Shown here one piece after another: positions 50,092 through 61,524 of a stretch of DNA of 64,000 nt; the first letter of the stretch is position 1, and every line of letters begins with the position of its first letter. Source of the DNA: Negaprion brevirostris (taxonomy: Eukaryota); the NCBI GenBank assembly GCA_030324005.1, contig JARDVH010000163.1:84016467-84080466 (forward strand), read 5' to 3'. A program made the translations under genes and the position numbers. The notes beneath the pieces are model-generated. The model did no database searches, was not told the origin of the DNA, and was given only the letters and a program-made list of their open reading frames with translations.

Positions 50092-50722
50092 TATTGCACA
50101 TTGATTTTGGTAAACTTTAATAGGTCACTGTCTTGTATATTAAACATCCAGCTGAGTAAATACTTTTATTTGTAAAAAACAAAATCTGACAATTAACCTT
50201 ACCAATGTGTTTAAAAAAAAGATGCAATGTGCTTTGCTGTCTTCTGCCATTGCAGTGAAATTGGTCAATCAGATAAAGTTTGCGATATCAATAGAAATCA
50301 GCTAAAATTTTAAAACCTTTGCATTAAGCTTGAACATTTGGCACCTTCATTGCACATATAACTGAAAGAAGATTCTAACACAATTGAGCCCTGTTCCAGG
50401 GTCAAGCTTTTTCTTCACCCACCCAAAAGGCCACTCCATGACTGAGGAACTAGAGACTGAATGATTGCACAGATCCCATTTGACTGGGGAAAGTAAAAAT
50501 CAGAGGGCAGAGGTCACTGGACAAAGAGTTCATTCAAAGAGGCCAATGCATAAAGAGAACAGGCAAATTTTCTCCAATAATATTAACAATTATGCACAGA
50601 CCTGTCCAAGTTATTTTTAGTTCAGTTTCTAGATTCAAAATTTCAGCAACCTAACAAGGAAACCATCATTAACAAGGGATTTTGATACAGTTGCGACTTC
50701 AGATATTTTAGGTGCATTGCAC
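50092..50722 (-). promoter_or_regulatory. Cluster of four miR-25/32/92-family seed matches in the EDEM1 3'UTR
   Basis: Sense-strand GTGCAATA (50092-50099) and GTGCAAT at 50349-50355, 50464-50470 and 50716-50722. Confidence 0.6.
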
Positions 50723-51017
50723 AAAAACTGAAAAAGAAGTCCTGCTGTGAAGGTAGCCTCATGTGCAGCACTGAAGTGAAAGGCATGTTTGAACCATGAT
50801 TTCACTATCTTTGGTTCCCAGCCCCCCTCTACTTGTCAAGGAAGATACTGAACAGGAGTAAGGTGCTTCCTTATTTGAATGGTAACAATGTTACTGAAAT
50901 GCAAGCCATTCTTGCACAACTGGAAATAGTGGACTAACCACAACTCCTTAAGTACTTGGTCAGAAAATGTAGTCAAAGTGACAAAGTGTCGACTCATGGC
51001 ATCAACAAAATTCAATC

Positions 51018-51090
51018 TATCGGCTATAAAGTGATTGAGATGTCCGGCGGTCGTGAAAGGCGCGATATAAATTCAAGTCTTTTTCTTTTT
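51018..51090 (+). mobile_element. DeuSINE-like 3' tail fragment in the EDEM1 3'UTR (antisense)
   Basis: ggtcgtgaaaggcgcgatataaattcaagtctttttc. The same tail occurs reversed at 43382-43428. Confidence 0.6.
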
Positions 51091-52485
51091 AATGGCTGTT
51101 TGACATTTGAAATTGGTTAATTTCAGCAGCCCGTCACAGCTTCCATGTTCCAGACATGATCAGCTGCCTGAACTACACAACTTTTGTTCTTCGTGATCAG
51201 GAACTTGTCAAAGGTAGGGCAATTCTTCTGGACTATAAAATCAGACTTTGAAGTCAGTGGCATATGGAAAGGACAGGTGTGAAATTACCACTATTTCACC
51301 GAAGCACTGAGTTGTCACAATCCAGAGAGAAAATATGCACACACAAAGTGTCCCCATTTAATAAGGGTTACAATGTAGACCAGGAAATAAGCAACCAGTT
51401 GGGATTGTGGGAAGTATTTAAAAACTATTATGTTCACTATTTTTCTGAAAAAGTCATAAATATTCCATCACAATAGCCTAATATGTTCTTTTAGAACCAC
51501 CCCATTCTAACATTATGATTCACCAAACACAAAACATGGAATGAATTTCAATAATTGCCTAAAATCTTTTGACGGTTCATTTACATTGGAGGTAATTCAG
51601 AAACAGAGGTTTTGAAAGTATTTGATAAAGGTTTCACCGGTAAAAGATTGTAAAACAGGCAATGCTCAAGTTCAAAGTGAGCATTCATCAACTGTCAAAA
51701 GTGCTCAAAAGATCCCAACAGCAAATGTCATCAAAACTAAATGGCACAAGATGGCAAGTGAAAACAACTGTGCAATACCAAGGAATGTTAGAATGCTGAC
51801 TAGAACCCAACTGCAAGAGTTCCCAAACTGAGCCATATCAAAAGTGGAGGTGATATTGAGCAGCTTTGGAACACCTCTTCCCCCTTCAAGGATCTGTGGT
51901 CTTGACACGACTGTTATGGTGATATCTAAGCTGTTACGGAGGCAAAGAAATTTTACCTTCAGGGGACAGGTCATAACGGGTGATCCACAAAAATAAACCA
52001 AATTGTGGCTCATGAATATATCTCAATCATAACACACTTGAACATCAGTGTTGCAGTCCATAACGCACACAGGTACAGTTGTAAACAAGCTCAACTATCT
52101 TATGGACAATGCATACACATTGGACAGCTGGCACAAGTCAGTAGATTTGATGCTCAGACATGAGGTGATCTACTTCTGGCGAATGGTGAAAATACTGATA
52201 GCTACAAGGCACATTAGGCAAATTGGTAGGTTATACGTTATCCCTCCATCCAATATTTGGACACCTTGCACACAATACAGTACTCCTGGAAAGATACCAA
52301 GTGCATGGTCTTTTAACAGGTCAGATCATCACCATTTCTTAGTTCTCACATACATGTGCAGCTCAGAATAAACGTGCATTCTGTGATGTGCACTGAAACA
52401 CTCGTTTCAAATCATTGTACATTTAAGGGTAAATTACTCTCAGATTCAAACCCACTTAAACAAATATCTAGCATAAGTCTTAGAT

Positions 52486-52491
52486 TTTATT
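52486..52491 (-). terminator. Candidate proximal polyadenylation signal
   Basis: Minus-strand AATAAA ~285 nt after the stop codon, with tttgttt and gtgggtttg downstream. Confidence 0.3.
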
Positions 52492-52773
52492 CTTTTTGGA
52501 AGAGCCCTGTAGTAAAGCGATTATTCCTACGCCTTCACAGAAGGCACTATGCATCAAAACCCCACCCTTTTAAACAAAAAAATTCTTCCCCTGCACAAAA
52601 GGGTTTAGATGTAATATCACTATTATAGAGGTGAAATTTCATGTCCTAGAAATGTTTTGAGAAGTTGTAAAAATCACAATAAATAAATGTCAATATAATT
52701 ATACACAAAATAAGTTGCATAGTTGAAGATTAAGTCCCTGTCTATTCACATGAGCCCTTCTTATGAGGTTGCT

Positions 52774-52863
52774 TTAAAGAAGTCCCACCATCTGGTCAAT
52801 CTGCTGCATGTAAACTCCTTTCAAGGGCAGCGCGTATCTCCGCTCACTGGGGACTCTGCTGCA
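52774..52863 (-). CDS. EDEM1: EDEM1 terminal coding exon (90 bp including TAA)
   Basis: tttccacag|TGC AGC AGA...CTT CTT TAA. Translates [29 protein letters not shown], matching the EDEM1 C-terminus (human ...[22 protein letters not shown]). Confidence 0.95.
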   Translation of the reverse strand, partial: CSRVPSERRYALPLKGVYMQQIDQMVGLL

Positions 52864-53693
52864 CTGTGGAAACATTTTTTGAAGCAATTAGTTTCATCAC
52901 AATAGTATCATTTGCTGCCAAGTTAGAATAGGGGTGATTAATTTTATACAAACAAATNNNNNNNNNNNNNNNNNNNNNNNNNNNNNNNNNNNNNNNNNNN
53001 NNNNNNNNNNNNNNNNNNNNNNNNNNNNNNNNNNNNNNNNNNNNNNNNNNNNNNNNNNNNNNNNNNNNNNNNNNNNNNNNNNNNNNNNNNNNNNNNNNNN
53101 NNNNNNNNNNNNNNNNNNNNNNNNNNNNNNNNNNNNNNNNNNNNNNNNNNNNNNNNNNNNNNNNNNNNNNNNNNNNGAAGAGGGGAGAAAGAACTCAATA
53201 AATACTACTCCATGAACAATTCTGTGCAAATTGTTTTATCAGTTGTGCAGTTTTATCTGAAGCCTTTTGGATTAACTTTTATGTTCAGACAACACAAGCC
53301 TGCACTACAGAAAAGCCCCATCTAATGCAATTTGTTTGTAATTTTTTTATTTGTAACTTTACTCTTCAGACCATCGGAAGTTAATGATACTTTGAAACCG
53401 ATGATGAGATCCAGACCAGTGATCCACAGCAACAACAGAACACAAACTTCCTGGTTGCTAGATTTAGGCCTCTGAGGCAAAACAACAAAGCATCAAGGTA
53501 ACTCTGAACCAGAGAGACAGAAAGAGAGAGAAAAATACAGGATATTTAAACTGCTAGTCATGATCTTGCATTACAATATGTGCACAATCTCAGGCTGGAC
53601 ACACTCAATGTTAGCCAAAAAAAGGGTCCAGTACATAGAAAACAAGAGTTCCATTCTTTAAATCGTGCAAATCCCAGAGCTTAGTTTACTTAT

Positions 53694-54485
53694 TGTGATG
53701 TTAGTGTACTTTCAGGAGATTTTCTTTTTAAATTATGTTCTGCGCAGTTCTGTGTTGCCAAGTTGTCCGTAGAAGCACTTTATTGCTCCTTAAATGGGGT
53801 TTGTTTATGCTTACTTTGGGATCTTTTAGGACCCTGCATTGTGATGAAGGTCATGTGTTTTGGACAGTTTTTTTTCCCTTCCTAGTGAATTTAAGGCTTA
53901 ATTTTCCATTTTGGCTGGCAGCCTATTTAGTTTTATAAGGGACGTCAAGCCGAAAGTAATATTTCTCTCTCGGTTTTGGAAATTCTGCTGGTTAGCTGCA
54001 AGTATGGTTTCTTGCCTTCCTGAAGTGGAGATTCTGCATTGTTGGCTCGACCAGCATATCTCCCAGGCGTTCTGACAAGCTGTTCTGACTCCAAGCTCGT
54101 CTGTGTGCCCCTCAAAGAACTGCAGCATTCATCCAAAGGACTCAGTCCCACTATCACATCAGCTTTAGTCTTTGCTGTGTTAAACATGTGGAAAGTTTTT
54201 TTTGGTCCATGGGAAGTTTGTTTGACTGGAACATTTTAGATATATTTAAGGGTTAGACATTGTCGTGATTGTTTTGTTTTTGTTTGGAATTGATAAAAGT
54301 TATTACTAATTTTCTTTCTATACATTAAATATATTCTTAAATAAACTCAATTTGATTAAAAGTTCTAGGTCAGTTGAATCATCATGAGTGAAACATATTA
54401 TGCTTATCCTAGCCAAATTCAACATGCAAAACTCAGGATCCAAACAGGCTTCAGAGAACACTTGTTTCTGACCCAAATTATAACA
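53694..54485 (+). mobile_element. Solo LTR (~792 bp) in the last EDEM1 intron, antisense to the gene
   Basis: Starts TGTGAT and ends ATAACA (imperfect terminal inverted repeat). Flanked by the 5-bp direct repeat CTTAT (53689-53693) / CTTAC (54486-54490). AATAAA at 54340-54345. Confidence 0.7.
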
Positions 54486-54490
54486 CTTAC

Positions 54491-54676
54491 ATTAATGCTG
54501 GAATTGGCAGGTTTGTGGTCCAGCACTCCAGAGTTATCTACAGTACCTTCTTCTTTAGAAGATACATCTTCCCAAGGTTTTTCTCTGAAAAGTTTATCTA
54601 CTGGCAAAATATGGCCTTCTGTTGTGAAAATATATTTGCTCCCAGATCTGTGCAATGGGTTATCTTCATCAAATAG
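54491..54676 (-). CDS. EDEM1: EDEM1 coding exon (186 bp; ~exon 11)
   Basis: gatcag|CTA TTT GAT GAA GAT...ATT AAT|gtaagt. Translates LFDEDNPLHRSGSKYIFTTEGHILPVDKLFREKPWEDVSSKEEGTVDNSGVLDHKPANSSIN, containing the TTEGH motif. Overlaps ORF 54419..54655. Confidence 0.94.
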
Positions 54677-55149
54677 CTGATCAGGCAGTAAAAAGAAAGA
54701 TTAAAGTTGGTTTCATCCACACAATTAATACTAAAAGCAACTAGAACAGAATCTTACCTGGCTCATACACCACGAATGGTGTAACGATGTAAAATCTTAA
54801 TCTATTCCCATTAAATATTAATACAGCAGGATGTCAAATGTAAGCTTGTGAAAAACACTTACAGCAGATACCAGAAGGAACTTGTTTACACGAGGAGTGA
54901 CAAACATCGAAAATGAATTTTCGAACGGTCGTAGACAGACATGCCTACTAGGGTTTGGGGTAGTGAAGAGACATGAAAGCATGGTTGGATGCTAGGTTGA
55001 AATTGCTTAAAAGTTGAAGCCGTGAATGGATCAAATGACCACTTTTCAATCTTAATTTCTTACAGTCACTGACATTTTATACTTGGACCTTCAGAACTCA
55101 TCGATCCATACTGTTATTTACATAAACGTCTTTGTGAAACTTTTGGTAA

Positions 55150-56260
55150 GAGAGCAAAGATGGGAATTATCAAGTGCAAAAGGTACTGCAGCACTCCAAA
55201 TAAGTGACCAGAACTTCATAGTTGTGGGAAAGTATACCAAATCTGTTCATAAGGGCACAGGTGACTGTGCATTCACCCAAAGTGAGTTGATCATAAAGCC
55301 AGGGAGAATTTGTATAGGGAAAATCATGTTTAATGAAGTTAGCTGAATTGTATGAAGGGATAATAAATGTGGTAGACAGGGAGTACCAATGTATTTTATG
55401 CATATAGACTTCCAAAAGATATTTGGCAAGCTGAATGATAATGCAAAAGGAATAGAGAACCATACAACCCAAGTCTGTCAACGGCACTCTTTGTTGTAGA
55501 ATATATCATAGAATGCTTATGGCAAATATGCCCACACTCCAAGAGTACCTTAGCTAATTACATTCTCCTGCCTTTGTCATCCTGCAATTTGATTGTCTAA
55601 TTTGGTTTTGATAGCTGCAATTGAATCTGCCTCTTTTCAGAGCAATGCATTCCAGACCCCAACAATCTGGAGGTAAAAATTAAATCTCATCACTGAATAT
55701 TTCCCTTTCAGACAATACATTCCAAATCTCAATTTCTGAGGCAGAAATTCCATATCACAATATTATTGGTATGTTTATTAATTACTGTAAATCTGTCTTC
55801 TCTGGTCATTACGCACCTGCCTCTCAAAATTGTTCCTTTTATTTACTCTATCAAAACCAGGGTTTTTAATTTTCAGAAGTGTAAAGAGAATAACTTTTGT
55901 CTCTAAATGTAACTGGGTCCCTCACTCGCTTACGATTCTAATAATTCTCCTTTTCATCCTCACCACTTCCTAAAGTGTGTTATCCAGAAATGGACAAAAT
56001 TCACCAATGGATCCTCACAATTGAGCATTACTTCATGCTTTGTACAAGCCAAGGAAGGATTTTGTGTAAATTTTTTTTTTAAAAAAAACAACCTTCTGAA
56101 CGTGTCCTGCTACCTTCAAAGATTTTGCTGCACCTGCACCTCTTTTCATGTTACCATTTAAATGATACTGCCTCTCATTCTCCCTACCAAAACAAATTAC
56201 TTCAGACTTGGTGTTAAACTGAATTTGCCACACGTCTGCTCATTTCACCAGTCTATGTTA
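55150..56260. mobile_element. Decayed intronic CR1 fragments (55150-55440 plus; 55505-56260 minus); further pieces at 58765-58980
   Basis: WQIQFNTKSEVICFGREN (ORF 56033..56233), IGKIMFN/DFQK-like RT motifs and 3' tails. Confidence 0.7.
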
Positions 56261-56595
56261 TTTGATTATGAAGAGTAGAATGTGCAATTTTTTAACATGG
56301 AACACATTGCCCTCGTCTAACCATTTCCCATCCTATATCCTTGTTTCACACGAAGGCTTTGCTTGGTCTTGGCTCTCCATACGCAATATTGTGGAACATA
56401 CTGGTGTCATACAGTAAGGTAGTAGCATTCAAATTATTACAAGTTCAGAAATAATTTGTCTTCAGTGTTACAGCTTTGAACCTCAGATCAATTATTCTAT
56501 AGTTATACATTTTTTAAAAACATCCTGACAAGAATACTAATATTAGCAAGTACTCCCTTTAGTTATAATTCTACTTAATGTTTACAGAAACATAC

Positions 56596-56692
56596 CAAAT
56601 ATAAATATTTACAAGTCTCGCTGAGAAAGAAGCTCTCCATTCGATCCTCCTTCGACTTGTCTATTACATGGTGAAGTGTGGCATAACCACAT
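56596..56692 (-). CDS. EDEM1: EDEM1 coding exon (97 bp; ~exon 10)
   Basis: aaatag|A TGT GGT TAT...TAT TTG|gtatgt. Translates [32 protein letters not shown], the GH47 MESFFLxET-KYLYL motif. Confidence 0.96.
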
Positions 56693-59497
56693 CTATTTAC
56701 AAAGAAAATAGCCAACTGTAATTGCAGTGTCAGACTGCCACGGGTTTTCACCATGACAACAAAATCTCAAACAATTTCTCATTCATTTTTGGGGTATATC
56801 ATAGTTTGTTAATCATAATTTTACAACTGATAATTTACTTGTACCAAAACAGTTATTGGCCCAGTTACTTTCAAGATCGACTCGGAGACCCCACCCTCTT
56901 GCAAAATTTCTATTTCCACATCTCTACACAATGAGAATAGACATTTGGATGAGATACTTTGTCTGCCAGTACCCACAGAACCATGGCCGCAACACAAGCA
57001 TGACGACTTCCCTAAAGGAAAGGGGCTGACAGGAAACTGTTTATTTTAAAAGTTACTGGAGTAACAAATTGTGCATCTGTATTAGAAATCATTTTTGATA
57101 CCAAGACAAATAGTGAAATTCTCTCTGGTATTTGACAAACAGGTTAGGCATTGAATTATTTCTATATGCAACTACAAGTCAGCAATGTACGCCTCCAGAT
57201 TTGTTCTTTAGTGAATAACACAATAAAGTTAACAGGGAGTAACACACTTGGGATATCAACTGCAGAAAACAATGCTCTGCTCCTGAAACTCACTTAGCTG
57301 CCAGGTGCAAGAAATATCTTAGAAAGCCTACACATGCTGCAGGACAATGGGGCATCTGAGATATAAATCTAACAAGGAAGAAAGACATGACATGAGATGA
57401 TGCATAACCCAAATGACTATCCCCAGTATCGCTTGTTAACTGACTCTTCAATTGTCACTCAGATTGAGATACTGGGGGTTTTGTTCATTTTAATAATTTG
57501 GTTTAGCAGTGTTATAAACCCTTAAATAATGAATCAATTCTTAAATTGCTGTTAGATACTCTAACCTTCGTTAAGTGTTAGATGGAATTAGATACCCATA
57601 AATTAACAGTTAACAACTTGATTCCCACTTACAGTTAACTGGAGAGAGCCACACCTAACTCTGGACAGATGAGGACAGGGCAGTCTGCGAAAGATAACGA
57701 TTGGTTAAAGCTACACAAGGAGTGCAGCCACCAAATGAAGTGTGTGATACATCATGAACTACAAGGAATTGGATCATTTTAATTCCATTAATTATTCAAT
57801 TATTTAATTGCATGCTTTGACAGTCAATTGGTGAAAGGTCACACCTATGTCAGGGCAGGCAGGGACACAATGGTCTGTGTCAGATAATGATGTATTGTAC
57901 CTAGATAGAATGGAGCCAATGAGCTTTGGCACACAGATGCACAACAGAACCATAAAAGAGCATAAATAAAACAGCGCTAACAGAAGAAAGCAAATGGTAT
58001 CTGAACCAAGAGCTACCATGCTGCACTGCTGCCCAGAGACTCGGAATGAATATCAATCTTAATTCTACTAATTGTTGCTTTCATACATGTGCATATGGTT
58101 GCTTCTGCTAAAGTTGCAATAAAGTCTTTAGCACAGAACTTCTGTTTCACCTAGGGTGTTGTACCAGCAGGCAAATACACCAGAATGTGCAATGGGGGAT
58201 TCCATCAGCACAGGAATTGCCCTAGGAAACTTAACAGGCAATGATTCTGCACTGGAAGCCCTCCGATACTGATTTTAATGAGACACTTTGGATGGTTGCA
58301 ACTTACCTAGGAAGAATATTGGAAGGAGTACAATCACTTCTAACTCCTGGGTAACTATGGTAGAGTCCACCTCCTCAGCTCTGCCAACTACCCCAAATAC
58401 CAAATGACCCACCCGACACTCCCTTTCCCACCCTTAATTCCTATCCACTTACCTAACACATTGAACTTCTTAGCTTTCAAAGCGGCTGGGAACTTGATAA
58501 GTAACACTTTATGACAGCTTGTGCCATAAAAGGTTGCATGGCTTCACTTCCCCTGACACTGCTGCACCAGACTGAGAGCCCTAGGAACCCACTGCACTGC
58601 TCATACCTGACCAGAGTCAGGTGGCTAGGAAAATACCATGCAGTCCCCAAGTAAAAAGACGCAGAGTACTAATCCGACAGATCATCATTCCTTGGATGTT
58701 CTTAACATTTATGCACAACTAGTAATTGCTAAGCAAATTAATTAATGGGGTATCTAAGAATACAGGGTAAACCTTTTAGGACTCGGATGAGGAGAAATTT
58801 TTTCACCCAGAGTGGTGGGCCTGTGGAATTCGCTACCACAGAAAGCAGTTGAGGCCAAGACATTAAATGCTTTCAAGGGGTTAATTTTGCTCCTGAAGCA
58901 AAGAGGATGAATGGATGTGGGGGAAGGTGGGATCAGGCTAGTGCGCCATGATCATAATGGTGGAGCAGGCTCGAAGCACCAGACAGAAAATAGGAGCAGG
59001 AGTAGGCTATGTTTCGACATAAACCTAAGGACAAGTGCCGAGGTGGCCAGGGAACACAGCTTGAATTTTAATTTCTTCCCTTCCAGCTTCACACATTTCA
59101 ATAGGTTGCCAGCGGCTCCTCAATCATATAGAATCAGAGAATTGTTACAATGCAGAAAGAGGTCATTCAGCCCATCGTGTCAGCACCAGCTCTCTAAATC
59201 AGCATGTCCATGCAAACTCCGCATCCTCTCAGGCTCAATGTCTCAAACAATCCAATGTGAAATAATAGTGGGAATTTATTTTGTTACATCCATTCAACAA
59301 ATCAAAATCCTTTCACCCTTACCAGAAAATCAGAGACAAACTGTATTGATCAGTGATATAAATTCAACGATGTTAAAAATAAATCTGGGACTCAGAGTTA
59401 GAACTTTAGAAATTGGATCAATGCTGGAATTTAATACTTATGAATAAATGGACAGCAAATCATCCCAACAAAGTTAAAATTTTACTCCAGCACTGAC

Positions 59498-59571
59498 CTG
59501 ACTTTGGTGTACTTCTCCAAACTCTGGAGGATATCCATTCCCACATGCAAATAGAAAGGATTCTTTGTCGC
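59498..59571 (-). CDS. EDEM1: EDEM1 coding exon (74 bp; ~exon 9)
   Basis: atattag|GCG ACA AAG...AAA GTC AG|gtcagt. Translates ATKNPFYLHVGMDILQSLEKYTKV(R). The phase-2 end matches the next exon. Confidence 0.95.
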
Positions 59572-61146
59572 CTAATATCAAACAAAAGCAAGTAGTAATT
59601 TAGGAATGGAGGACATCAGATCAAACAATCAATGCTGGTCGCTCCACAGCCTAAAATTAACTGCAGAATGTTTTAAATACTGTGTTTACAGATTAGTTTT
59701 CAAGAAATAACACAAGCTTCATTAATAAATAAACACATTTCAAAGTAGCTTAGCAAACCATACAATCAAAAAGGGTTACTGGTCTGTGCCTAGTTGGCTG
59801 ATCTCAGACAAAACAATACTGCAATTGACTGAGTTCAGTGCCCCCAAAAACTAAGTCATGTGTGGAACAGCACCACAGCATGAGTGAGAAAAAAAAGAAT
59901 TTGTATAAATAAGCTGCCTGTTCTAGCTTTAAAACTGAAAAAAATCAAACCATTTCCCATATACAGTTAGATGGGATCAGTTTAATTAAATTTAGCTGAG
60001 AGGACGTCACAAACAGACATGCATTGGGAAATACAAAGATGGTTTGTCATAAACAAGAATTATCCGTAAATAAAACTTGGACCAAGAGATGGGTACCGTC
60101 CAAGGGGATGCAATAAGGTTCCTCTGCACTATAAATCTATCCCACGCAGAACAATCCATGTCTGACTGTACAAAACTGTAGAAACCACGTCCTGCAAAGG
60201 ATCCAGTTGCGACTTCTTATGACTGACCAAAGGCCCAATTCCTGGAGTTCAGGCTTGAAGCTCAGACTAACCATTCGTCCAGATACAGCTACACATGAAA
60301 ATCCTGCAACATAGGTATGCAGCTATTACTGAAAGGCCCTCTGCAAAAACTCTGGAAGCCTGGAAAAGTCAGTACTGAACAACTGTTATTTTTCATCCTA
60401 TAAAATTAGGATAATTAAACCTGCAACTACTGTAACCCTACATTGCTTCCATTGACATCCAATTAATGGTCTAATAAATCTATTTACCATTTGTCAGCCT
60501 AATCCACAGTTCTAACAATTATTTGGCCATCTTCCAAAAAACAAAATTACAATGCACAAGGTTCACAGATAACTCCTGTGTTAGTGTTGAACTGCCCAGC
60601 CACAAAGCCATGGAGTTATGCTCAGTGGATGAACTCTTGCTCTGTAAGGAAGTTGAAATTCTAAAATTGCAGAATACCCTGAGTAAAGATCCCACAACTG
60701 ACCATACTGTGCTATCCACATGCTACATGGTGAAAGTTCCAAACTTTTTAATATCTATGCAAGCAACACAATCTGGAGTAAACAAAATCAATCTAAAAGA
60801 TTCCTAAGTATTGTGCAACTCCTTGAATCCATCCGGAGATGGCGCAGATTGAAATTAATTGGTTGTATTGAGGGAAGGTTTGAAGAACGGCCTGTTTGTT
60901 GAGTTCAGACCTTCACCTGATCACTGTGCCAGTGTATCTATATTGCGTCAACTTGGTGAAACCCAAATGTTTCCGTGTAGAGCACAATCCTGTAATACTC
61001 CTCCAACCCCAAGATACCAGTAAGCCAATCAGAACCTACCTGGCACAGCTTGTACTGATATTGGGGATGGAAGAGGATTCAACTGAATGGTTAAGGCAGA
61101 GGTAACCTGTTTGGGGGCAATGTTAAATACATTTCCAGTTCCATAC

Positions 61147-61317
61147 CTGATACAGCAGATAAGTAGACTCAACTAATTCAGGCCTTAGTGGGTAAAACAT
61201 CACATCAGGTGCTTGAAGCTGCCAGTTATACCGCTCTGGAAGAGCTCCAAAACGTTTCCATATGGCATAATAAAAGGCATGAAGGCAAATGGCATCTTCG
61301 ACATCACCCGTTAAAAC
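61147..61317 (-). CDS. EDEM1: EDEM1 coding exon (171 bp; ~exon 8)
   Basis: tttag|GTT TTA ACG GGT...TAT CAG|gtatgg. Translates [57 protein letters not shown], containing the GH47 YPLRPE motif. Phase 0, after an 86 bp intron. Confidence 0.96.
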
Positions 61318-61403
61318 CTAAAATGAATAGATCCTTCTAATATTAAATCAGGAATGTTATAAAAAGACAAGAAAAATTACAAACTTAAAATCAATGAATT
61401 TAC

Positions 61404-61524
61404 CTGAAGGCCAGGGAAAAAAGCCTGGAGTGAATCAATCCACGTGTTCATTAGTTGGCCATTAAACATATTCACATTAACGTAGAGTGGAGGATCTCCC
61501 TCTCCCTCATTACAAGCTTCGCGT
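61404..61524 (-). CDS. EDEM1: EDEM1 internal coding exon (121 bp; equivalent to human exon 7)
   Basis: Minus strand ...acatacag|A CGC GAA GCT TGT...CTT CAG|gtaaat. Translates [40 protein letters not shown], near-identical to the vertebrate EDEM1 GH47 domain as I recall it. Confidence 0.96.

Larger units (their letters stand above)
49980..52773 (-). other. EDEM1: Putative EDEM1 3'UTR (~2.8 kb)
   Basis: AT-rich and almost TE-free directly after the stop codon, unlike the TE-dense flanks. Ends at an AATAAA followed by a U/GU-rich element. The end point is inferred. Confidence 0.65.

Noticed and set aside
51770-51778. GTGCAATA as a fifth miR-92 site
   Set aside because: It is on the plus strand, antisense to the EDEM1 mRNA.
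58911-59447. 178-aa plus-strand ORF in an EDEM1 intron
   Set aside because: A patchwork of CR1 tails and AT-rich intron with no recognisable domain.
61040-61106. Possible extra EDEM1 cassette exon (aaacag|...ccag|gtaggt on the minus strand)
   Set aside because: The upstream intron would be only 40 nt, the 67-nt length breaks frame, and read-through from the real exon hits TAA. The canonical exons already join in frame.
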